From Acidobacteriota bacterium (lineage in GTDB: Bacteria; Acidobacteriota; UBA6911; RPQK01; JAJDTT01): a stretch of DNA of 64,000 nucleotides. Positions within the stretch are counted from its first letter, which is position 1, and the number at the start of each line of letters is the position of its first letter. The notes below the pieces were generated by a model. It saw only the letters and a program-made list of their open reading frames with translations, did not search any database and was not told where the DNA came from. The stretch lies in NCBI GenBank assembly GCA_965209055.1, contig OZ242374.1, positions 480,001-544,000 on the forward strand, written 5' to 3'. Positions 1-7,561 of this stretch are shown here, one piece after another. A program made the translations under genes and the position numbers.

Positions 1-24
1 GTGCCACCGGGGTACGCTTGAAGG

Positions 25-262
25 ATGAGGATTTTCCGCGTCCGCTTGGACGACGACCTGGACCGAGCCCTAGAGTGTCTGGACTCGCTATACTACGTGA
101 ACATCAGCGACTGGGGCGCTCGTCACTCAGCACCGGGAAAACTCCCTGCCGGTCTGGAACGGGCCACCATCAAGATCAAGACACGGGGACGTGGGTGCCT
201 TGATCCGCACCGTCGTCGAGGTCCTCCAACGCGACTCGGATTTCGGCCTAGTCCGCGATTAG
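25..262 (+). pseudogene. probable frameshifted small DNA-binding (ribbon-helix-helix-like) gene
   Basis: MRIFRVRLDDDLDRALE has a beta-strand/helix RHH pattern; protein-like sequence continues in another frame (GDVGALIRTVVEVLQRDSDFGLVRD, TAG at 260-262). Confidence 0.25.
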
Positions 263-295
263 GGTATAGGATAGACTGAGAGGGAGGAGATATAG

Positions 296-487
296 ATGCC
301 CCCAGAACTCGAACCCTGGATTTCCCCCGCCGTCATCGTCGGATTTATGCTCTACTTGAACCGCCGCCTCGAATCCCGGCTGGATCGGATGGAATCTCAG
401 ATCGGGGAACTTCGGGAGCGAATGGCGCACCTGGAAGGGCTTCTGGAAGGCCTGCGCGAAGCCATCACCCGCCAGCCCGCCGCCTGA
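296..487 (+). CDS. small membrane-anchored coiled-coil protein (63 aa)
   Basis: Strong RBS GGAGGAG upstream; N-terminal hydrophobic segment (WISPAVIVGFMLYL) then heptads LDRMESQIGELRERMAHLEGLLEGLRE. Confidence 0.75.
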   Translation: MPPELEPWISPAVIVGFMLYLNRRLESRLDRMESQIGELRERMAHLEGLLEGLREAITRQPAA

Positions 488-810
488 GCGGCGCGGGCCT
501 GCTCAACAAGTTCCTGGACTAGATTCGGTAGATGGCGGATTTCATCGGTCATTTCATTAGAGGGCTGATCTGGGAATACCGGAAGCAGAAGCGGCAACAG
601 CGGGCCGTTAAGGCGCGCCGGAAAAAGACTCAGGACCTATCGGAAACACAGAATCGTTGGAGCGTCTTTTTCCGGGAACTGAGTTCCGCTCCTGATAGTG
701 GCAATAGGTCGCGAGTGGTAGGGCTCGGGCTCCCGCCGGGGCCATCGCGAAGGGTCCCGGCACAAGAACAACCACCCGTGGGAATCTCGGATCGCTACGG
801 GGGAGAACAT

Positions 811-1218
811 ATGGCTTATCAAATCCGAGGAACGACTGAACGGGAGCGGGCTGAAGAAACCCTCCAAATCATCAACGGTTTGCTTCCATCAAAGGGGACG
901 ATTACGCCGCCGACTGGGAAATCGGACCAGGTGCGTTATGTGCTGACTCATGATGCTCTCGTTCCGAAGATGCGGGAGATGGGAAAACGGAAGCCGAGAG
1001 TTGCGGCGACCTTCCGGGCCGAGCCCAAGAGTCAACTTTGGGCAAAGAGGAGTTTTCAGGGGAATTCTGTTGAGAGACGGGATGTGACGGTTCTCGTGCC
1101 CTTGTTGGGCAAGGACATTGGCTTGAGTGAGAACCATAGAGGAGAACCTTGCACCTATGTCACTAGCGTCCCGGAGGCCAGAGCTCTCGCTAGGGAGATT
1201 TGTCGCGTCTGGCCTTGA
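811..1218 (+). CDS. hypothetical protein
   Basis: 3' part of ORF 532..1218; RBS GGGGGAG before ATG 811 (MAYQIRGTTERERAEE); no recognisable family. Confidence 0.55.
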   Translation: MAYQIRGTTERERAEETLQIINGLLPSKGTITPPTGKSDQVRYVLTHDALVPKMREMGKRKPRVAATFRAEPKSQLWAKRSFQGNSVERRDVTVLVPLLGKDIGLSENHRGEPCTYVTSVPEARALAREICRVWP

Positions 1219-1423
1219 GTTTTCTCCTGTCACCTGTCGGTGATCCCGCTTCCGGACAGGGATGTAGTATTTGCTTTATCGTTCCCTGAGCCGATCCCAG
1301 AGAGTCGCCCGCTTGTTCCCGCCGACGATCCGACGCTTCCTCCGGACCCGCGAGCCGCGATTGGCGGCACCGCCGGTAGAAGTCCTCGATCGTCACTAGT
1401 TGAGACTCATTCTTTCCCTTCAT
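1190..1423 (-). pseudogene. 5' remnant of a tyrosine recombinase/integrase gene (frameshifted, truncated)
   Basis: RBS GGAGAG + ATG 1423; MKGKNESQLVTIEDF, then LPAVPPIAA (shifted frame) and AGPEEASDR, resembling integrase N-termini that precede NPHTRRAY; homologous to 3576-3620. Confidence 0.4.
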
Positions 1424-1451
1424 ACTCTCCGCCCAGGTTCGCAAGAAGAAA

Positions 1452-1793
1452 AGACACATACCAACTACAGGTCCCTGACAAGAGAGCGCCGAGGCCCTGG
1501 GTTCGAGCCTCCCCACCCTGTGGGAAATCAAAGATTTCCCACAGGGTGTCAGGCTCACCCTGCCTGACCCTTTTTCACGCGCTCCTGTTTGTCGCGTCCC
1601 ATGAGAATGGGTCCCTCGCGCAGTCTCGGACTGCTTCCAGCCGGGAGCAGACTTTCTTCCGTGGGGGGCGCTGATTGTGGGGTCGGCAAAACGACGCACC
1701 CTGTTGGGAAATCTCTGATTTTCCACACGGTGGGGAGGCTCGAACCCAGGGCCTCGGCGCTCTCTGGAAGGGATTTTCAGTTGGTATGTGTCT
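1452..1793. repeat. pair of 97-bp inverted repeats (1452-1548 and 1697-1793) with internal hairpins
   Basis: Perfect 37-bp core 1481-1517 vs 1729-1765; outer 15-mer AGACACATACCAACT also perfect; left arm contains a perfect 16-bp stem CACCCTGTGGGAAATC-AAA-GATTTCCCACAGGGTG at 1514-1548. Confidence 0.9.
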
Positions 1794-1948
1794 CTTCGCA
1801 TCCGGGGGGTTCGGGGGGGCTGGCCCACCCGCGACGAGCGTCAGGTTCACTGGCGGCAATTTGAACCGCCAGGGGTTCTGGCGCAACTGGGGGGACAGGT
1901 CCACCCGGTCCACGGTCTTCCTCCGGGCCTTCCTGCAAGGATAATTGA

Positions 1949-2045
1949 GACGGGAGCGACCCCCCCAGGGGGTGTTGCGCAGATGTGAATCGCGCAACGC
2001 CCCCGCGCCCGCACCGGGCAGCAAAAAGGGGGGGTCGCTCCCGTC
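1949..2045. other. structured three-way-junction DNA/RNA element
   Basis: 18-bp perfect outer stem (1949-1966/2028-2045) enclosing a 13-bp stem (1968-1980/1992-2004, one wobble) and a 5-bp stem (2007-2011/2015-2019). Confidence 0.7.
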
Positions 2046-2790
2046 CACCTCCGTTTTCCCCGTGCGGGCGCCGGCGTCCGGGAATCTGGTCGTAACCACA
2101 AGCCGGAAAGGGAGATCGGGGACCTCACCTGTGTAAGGTGGAAAGCCCTCATGATGTAAGTGACCCCCGTTGTCTCACTGACACTCCCGGATCAGCCACG
2201 TGACCCTTTTTTCAGCGGTTAAAATCAGCCTCCGTCAGCCTTTGCGACTGCCCAGCGCCCTCACCGCCGATCACGATCTGGACGGAGCGATCTTCGACCA
2301 CTTCGACCACTAGTTGCCACAGGAACGGCCGCTTCAGCGGGTTTGGAACGGCATGAAAGGCAACGGATCGGGGAAAGCGTCTTTGTGAATCACAGGGACC
2401 GCTTTTTGTGAATCGACCCCCCTTGTCCCATTCACATCCTGGATCGGGCGCGAAACCCTCTTGACGCACACCCGAAACGAGTCACGAATGACCTTTCGCC
2501 TGTCGAGTGTGCGGCGCTCATGACACCGTTCCCCCGGCAGCGAGAAGTTCACCTCCGCTTCGACCAGCGGCGGGATGGATCGCCTTGGAGAGTTCGGCGT
2601 ATAATCCCCTTTTCAAAAGCCGCAGCTTCGGCATCCAGTTTCTTGAGCCGTTCCATCCGGAATCGGTTGAATGCCAATCCGACGATGACCTAAAGGCTGT
2701 CAGGATCTACCGCAGGAAACGAAGGGAGTGCCCTACCGGCTAGTATGGCTGCCGGGATCCGCTCCTCGGTTGAGCCACCGAAGAGGAACC

Positions 2791-3534
2791 ATGAGCCAAG
2801 AAGAGCGAACGCTGCCCAAGATCACTCAAAAGTGGGGTTTTGGTATGGCCCCTCCCAAGTCGAAGGTGCAAGATTCCCGCGAAAGCGCCTGTACACATTT
2901 GTTGGAGACAATTTCTTCCGAGACACTTCCGCCGCCGGACGAGAATTTGCTGCGGATGGTAAGTGAGGTGAAAGGGATGTTCACGCGCCTCGTTCGTAAG
3001 GATCAATGGGATTGGTTCACCGTTTCTGGCCAACTCGGATACCCTCCGACACGTATAGCCAACTTGATTTCCCAGGAACTTAAGCACCTCCGTATGGCCA
3101 TCAAGACACAGAGTGCAGCGGCATATGACAATGCCCGAGCGAATTTGTGCCGTTTGCCTACCCACCGCTGTCTTTCTGTCTTTCTCGGACGAGTAGAGAT
3201 TGAGAATCCACCCGACGCGGGCTGGATCTACGTACTTTCAACGCGGGAATCCAGAAACCTGCTGAAAATCGGCGTGACAACTCGAACGGTTGAACAGAGG
3301 ACACGTGAGATCAATAGCGCAACAGGCGTGGCAATCCCGTTCGGTGTAATGTGTTGCTGGCGGGTTTCCAAGCCGCAAGAGGTGGAAACGCTGGTTCACA
3401 ACGCACTTCGTGAATTCCGTCTTCGCGGAGACCGGGAGTTTTTTCAGGTTCCGTTCTCAATCGCGGCGCAGCGAATCGAAACAGTAATCCGCGAAAGTTC
3501 CCTTGGATTACGAATGGTGCTAACGAAGATCTGA
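2791..3534 (+). CDS. GIY-YIG superfamily T5orf172/MUG113-domain protein
   Basis: C-terminal GWIYVLS...LLKIGVTTRTVEQRTREINSATGV...E.LVH..L...R...REFF is the T5orf172 motif; RBS GAGG before ATG 2791. Confidence 0.85.
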   Translation: MSQEERTLPKITQKWGFGMAPPKSKVQDSRESACTHLLETISSETLPPPDENLLRMVSEVKGMFTRLVRKDQWDWFTVSGQLGYPPTRIANLISQELKHLRMAIKTQSAAAYDNARANLCRLPTHRCLSVFLGRVEIENPPDAGWIYVLSTRESRNLLKIGVTTRTVEQRTREINSATGVAIPFGVMCCWRVSKPQEVETLVHNALREFRLRGDREFFQVPFSIAAQRIETVIRESSLGLRMVLTKI

Positions 3535-3575
3535 CTAAGTCAGAAGTCTTCACTATCAGGGTGAACTCTGGAAGC

Positions 3576-3656
3576 ATGAAAGGGCAAAAGGAATCCCAGC
3601 TAGTGACGGTCGAGGACTTCTCCGCCCGGATCTCCAACCCCCACACGCTAAATTGA
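3576..3656 (+). pseudogene. second 5' remnant of a tyrosine recombinase gene
   Basis: MKGQKESQLVTVEDFSARISNPHTLN*; FSARISNPHT matches the FFAARIRNPHT(RRAY) motif of SAM-like integrase N-termini. Confidence 0.5.
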
Positions 3657-3662
3657 TCGGAC

Positions 3663-4334
3663 ATGAACTGGACAGATTTTGCCACGAACGCAATTCCGTC
3701 TGGATTGGCGGCTCTCGGCGGCGCTTGGGCGGCTTTTTGGTTTGCAAGCTTGCGGGAGAAGCGCAGGCAGAATGCCAACCAATACGTGGCGATCAGGCTC
3801 GCTCACTTCACCGTAATGAGCCAGTATCAAGAGCTCATTACAGTACGGGACTCCTACTTGGGAAACCTTGAGAGCCAGCCAGATGCCTGGCTGCGCCTTT
3901 ACCCAATGAGCCTTGGTCCTGCAGCGCCGACCGTGAATATTCCGGAGTTGGCTTTTACTTTCGAGAGCTCAGACCCGGATCTTCTGAACAGGTTGGTCGT
4001 AGGCGAGGCGCGATACCAGACGGTCCGTAAGACCATCACCCTCAGAAATGACAAACACTGTGCGCTTCAGCGTCGCGCGGACGCGCTTCAGGCGAAGGGT
4101 ATCGACGATGCCAAGGATGTGGGAACATTCAGTCGGATGCTCGGTCAGGACCTCGTTGTACAGTTGAAAGACATGACAGCAGGGCTGTTCGCGGCGAACC
4201 GCGATGCGATTCTTCTCTTGGAGAAGAACCTAAAGGACATCACGGCACTGTCTACCGAACTCTTTCCCAAGCGCAGGCCTCCCAGGTTCGAAGTCGTTCC
4301 CAAGGACAAGCGTGGTCAGACTTCTGCTCATTGA
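3663..4334 (+). CDS. hypothetical protein with N-terminal transmembrane helix
   Basis: 223 aa; TM segment AIPSGLAALGGAWAAFWF followed by a basic stretch and helical body. Confidence 0.75.
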   Translation: MNWTDFATNAIPSGLAALGGAWAAFWFASLREKRRQNANQYVAIRLAHFTVMSQYQELITVRDSYLGNLESQPDAWLRLYPMSLGPAAPTVNIPELAFTFESSDPDLLNRLVVGEARYQTVRKTITLRNDKHCALQRRADALQAKGIDDAKDVGTFSRMLGQDLVVQLKDMTAGLFAANRDAILLLEKNLKDITALSTELFPKRRPPRFEVVPKDKRGQTSAH

Positions 4335-4589
4335 AACCGAGCCCATCTGCTCGTGTAAACGATTCGGGCCGCGTAAGCGGCTGGATCGGCCCGCCTGAAT
4401 CCAAGAATGGAGCCGCGAAGCGGGGAAGAGCGTGTCGGCTTTCAGGCGCAGGATGATTCTGCTGCCTGTTTGTTGCCTGTTCAGCACGTCAAACATTCGA
4501 AGTCAACCACTTTACCGATTCGGCGAAGAACCCGGTAACATATTGAACACGTTAATGTTCGGTAGTCTTTGACTGAGGGACAGTTGGGA

Positions 4590-5525
4590 CTAACAGTCCC
4601 CCCTCCCGGCCTTCAACCGGTTGAAGGTTTCCATCGCCCGCGCCGCCTTCTCCATCCGATCCTGCTCCTGGTAGATCTGCGCCAGGATGTAGTGCGGGTC
4701 GGCCAATTGGGGATCGAGATCCGCACACTTCAGGGCCGAAGAGACGGCTTCCTCCAGCCGTCCCAATTCCCGGTAGGCCTTGGCCAGGAGCAGGTGCAGA
4801 TGACTCGGCGGGAGGGCGGTCAGCGTGACGTAGAGCCGGCGGCTCTTGGCCACCGCCACCGCCCGGCGGTCGCGGCTGTAGAAGCCTGTCCCGGCAACCT
4901 GCAGGTGCTCCAGGGCTTCCGCTGCCTGTCCCTGCTTGAGCAACATTTCGGCCAGCTCGAGCCGGGCCACGACATTCTTCGGATAGAGCTCGATCTCGTA
5001 CCGGAGCTCTCGAATGGTCTCCTCGGCCGCTCCGTTGTTTCGATGGACCCGGGCCAGGTGGTAGTGGACCGCGGGAAAGCTGTAGTCGCTCTCGACGATC
5101 GTTTTGAATTGCTCCAGCGCCCGTTCGAGGCGGTTGAGTTCGTGATAGGTCCGGCCCAGGTAGAAACGGGTCATCAGGTTCGATCCATCCATCTCCACGG
5201 CGCGTTCCAACAGGGGCAGCGCTTCTTCCTGCCGCTGCTGCCGGAGCAGAATGACGGCCAGGTCGAAGTGATGGCCCGGCTCGCCGGGTCCCAGCTCGAC
5301 GGATCGTCTCAGGCTGGCTTCGGCTTCGGGCAACTGCCGCAACTGGGCGAAGATCAGGCCCTGGAGATGATGGCCGGCAGCGTTGCCGGGATCCTCCGCC
5401 AGGATTTCATAGGTCACGGCCAGGGCTTCAGGGTAGTTCCGCTGCTGAAAGTGGCGGACGGCCTCATCGTAGGTTTGGCTCCAGAGCGGCAGGAATCCGA
5501 GACCCCAGACCAGTGTTGCAAGCAT
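4590..5525 (-). CDS. secreted tetratricopeptide repeat protein
   Basis: Signal-like MLATLVWGLGFLPLWS; repeated TPR motifs (GHHLQGLIF, RFYLGRTY, HYHLARVH, HYILAQIY). Confidence 0.85.
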   Translation of the reverse strand: MLATLVWGLGFLPLWSQTYDEAVRHFQQRNYPEALAVTYEILAEDPGNAAGHHLQGLIFAQLRQLPEAEASLRRSVELGPGEPGHHFDLAVILLRQQRQEEALPLLERAVEMDGSNLMTRFYLGRTYHELNRLERALEQFKTIVESDYSFPAVHYHLARVHRNNGAAEETIRELRYEIELYPKNVVARLELAEMLLKQGQAAEALEHLQVAGTGFYSRDRRAVAVAKSRRLYVTLTALPPSHLHLLLAKAYRELGRLEEAVSSALKCADLDPQLADPHYILAQIYQEQDRMEKAARAMETFNRLKAGRGDC

Positions 5526-5589
5526 TCGTTTCGAGGTTCCGCGAATCTCCCGCGCCGGACGCCTGGGATCTGAAGCTGGCACAAACCGA

Positions 5590-7431
5590 ATGGTACAATC
5601 CGCTCAAACCTGCAACAAGGCCGGCGCGGAGCGGCCGAAGGGCCCGGAACCGCACGTGGGAAAGAAGACGAATCCTCCCGTCAGAAGCCGGCTTGGCGCC
5701 TTCCTCTGGATCGTCTGCAGCTTCTGGCCGTCCGCCTCGGCCCAGGACATCCCCACCTTCAAGACATCGACGGAACTGGTTCTGGTTGACCTTGTGGCAA
5801 CCGACCGGGACGGCAATTTCATCTGGGATCTGCGCCCCGATGAGCTGGAGGTGCTGGAAGACGGCAAACGCCAGACGGTGACGTTCTTCAGCCTGCAAGA
5901 CCGGGGGACGCCGATCCCGGCGAGAGAGCCTGAGGGACCGGGGAAACCAGCCACGAGCATCAGCAGCGTCCCGGTTCAGACGATCGAAGAAGGGTACTAC
6001 GTCTTCCTGATGGACCTGCACAGCATGCCCTTCGACGCTCTGGGCCGCAGCAAAGAGGCCATTCGCAGCTTCGTCGAGTCGCGCCTGGGGCCGAACGACC
6101 AAGTGATGCTGGCCACCATCCGCCACCGGCTTCGGATCAATCAGGCCTTTACCAGGGACACGGAAAGATTCAGCCAGGCACTGGACAAGGTCCCTTTCGA
6201 ACCTCGGTTGGAGGGCAATCTGAGTCGTTTCATGGAGATTATGGACGACATCTTCGCCGACATGGGCGCCCTCGGCGTGGCCAACGATCCGAGCCTGGCT
6301 CAGGGGAACGTGGAAGAACTGGTCCCGCAGATCGAAGGAGCCATCCAGATGGCGGCGGGCGAATCGAGGCAGATCCTCTCCCAGATGGAAATCCAGGTGG
6401 CGTTCAGTTGCGCCGCCATCGGCGCCCTGGCCCGCCATCTGCGTTCCCTCCCGGGACGCAAGCACTTGATGCTGATCTCGGCCGGATACCCGCTGAATGC
6501 CCGCACCGTCATGAAGAACATCATCCGCGAGCGCGCCGCAATGTTCGCCCCCAGCCAGTACGCGCAGGTCCACATGCTGGTGAACAGCAGCATGGCGGGT
6601 TCGGGCCGGCGGACCAGCTTCGAGTCCCGGTTGCGGTCGGTCATCGACCAGGCGAATCGATCGCAGGTCTCCATCTACAGCATCGATCCCCGGGGCCTGA
6701 TGCCTCCGGCCATTTCCAATGCCGCGACCCGGCAGTCGGGAAGCCACATGTATGCTTCCCACTCGAATCAGGACATCACGGCTCCCCAGGATTTTCTCAC
6801 TACCCTGTCGTCGGGCACCGGCGGACTCTCCTTTCTGAACGACAACGACATGGCGCGCGGCATCGGGAAGGCCTTCGACGACGGGCGCAGCTACTACCTG
6901 CTGGGATACGCGCCCCGCGCGAAGCGGAAGCCGGGCAAATTCCACGAGATCCGGGTCAAGCTGGCGCGAAAGGGAGTCAAGCTCCGTTACCGCCAAGGCT
7001 ACGTCGACGCGGACCCGGAGCAGACGGCGCATGCGGATCTTGCCAACGCCTTCAAGTTTCCCGAACTGTTTCGGGACTTTCCCTTCCGGGTCCAGGTCAC
7101 CAACCCGTCGGGCAAGCTGAAGGTCCGCACCTTGATCCCCACGCGTTCGTTCGCTTTTTCGCGCAACGGCCGTAAGAACCGCTGCGTCATGGAGATGTTC
7201 GGCGCGCTGGTCGACGATTCGGGCAAGTGGGTGGGCGAGGACTTCCTTTTCTTCAAACGTCTGGATCTGGACCTGGACAGCGAGGGCCTGGACCATTTTC
7301 AGCGTTACCGGGATTTCAGCTCCAGCTCCGAAAAGGACGCTCCGCCGGGCAAATACGATCTGGTGGTGGTCCTGCGCCAGAGCCTTTCGGGCCGAATGGC
7401 GACCTCCACCCGCAGCGTCGTCGTGCAGTGA
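5590..7431 (+). CDS. VWFA-related Acidobacterial domain protein
   Basis: PTFKTSTELVLVDLVATDRDGNFI, LPGRKHLMLISAG, IYSIDPRGL, TGG, YYLLGYAP and FHEIRVKL motifs; true start may be slightly downstream. Confidence 0.9.
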   Translation: MVQSAQTCNKAGAERPKGPEPHVGKKTNPPVRSRLGAFLWIVCSFWPSASAQDIPTFKTSTELVLVDLVATDRDGNFIWDLRPDELEVLEDGKRQTVTFFSLQDRGTPIPAREPEGPGKPATSISSVPVQTIEEGYYVFLMDLHSMPFDALGRSKEAIRSFVESRLGPNDQVMLATIRHRLRINQAFTRDTERFSQALDKVPFEPRLEGNLSRFMEIMDDIFADMGALGVANDPSLAQGNVEELVPQIEGAIQMAAGESRQILSQMEIQVAFSCAAIGALARHLRSLPGRKHLMLISAGYPLNARTVMKNIIRERAAMFAPSQYAQVHMLVNSSMAGSGRRTSFESRLRSVIDQANRSQVSIYSIDPRGLMPPAISNAATRQSGSHMYASHSNQDITAPQDFLTTLSSGTGGLSFLNDNDMARGIGKAFDDGRSYYLLGYAPRAKRKPGKFHEIRVKLARKGVKLRYRQGYVDADPEQTAHADLANAFKFPELFRDFPFRVQVTNPSGKLKVRTLIPTRSFAFSRNGRKNRCVMEMFGALVDDSGKWVGEDFLFFKRLDLDLDSEGLDHFQRYRDFSSSSEKDAPPGKYDLVVVLRQSLSGRMATSTRSVVVQ

Positions 7432-7561
7432 GCCCCAAAAAGCAGAGAGGCGAACAGGAGAAGAACATGCCTTGTTGACTCATGGGCCCGTTGTGGCTAC
7501 CATGCTTTCAAGCAATTAGTCTGCATTCCCAGGCAGTCCGCACTACTCAAGGAGGTCGCTG

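Larger units (their letters stand above)
1..4590. mobile_element. decayed genomic island / integrative element remnant (left end outside window)
   Basis: Visibly more AT-rich than the rest of the window; orphan ORFs, T5orf172 nuclease, two tyrosine-recombinase 5' remnants and long inverted repeats; ordinary high-GC genes resume at ~4590. Confidence 0.5.

Noticed and set aside
532-810. N-terminal extension of ORF 532..1218
   Set aside because: Low-complexity, non-protein-like sequence; a better RBS precedes ATG 811
1491-1517. GGTTCGAG T-loop-like motif suggesting a tRNA or att site
   Set aside because: No acceptor, D or anticodon arms can be folded; it is part of the inverted repeat
1452-2045. 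Retron msr-msd or CRISPR interpretation of the structured region
   Set aside because: No reverse transcriptase or cas gene and no regularly spaced direct repeats anywhere in the window
2382-2414. TTTGTGAATC direct repeat and TGTGA-A-TCACA dyad as CRP site or iteron
   Set aside because: Spacer is 1 bp rather than 6, and there are only two copies
3519-3551. GCTAAC plus hairpin at the end of the T5orf172 gene as an integron attC site
   Set aside because: No matching GTTRRRY end, no second attC and no intI
4537-4560. AT-rich AACAT...ATGTT / GAACA-N6-TGTTC dyad at the island edge as dif site or LexA box
   Set aside because: Arm spacing fits neither the 11-6-11 Xer pattern nor known SOS boxes
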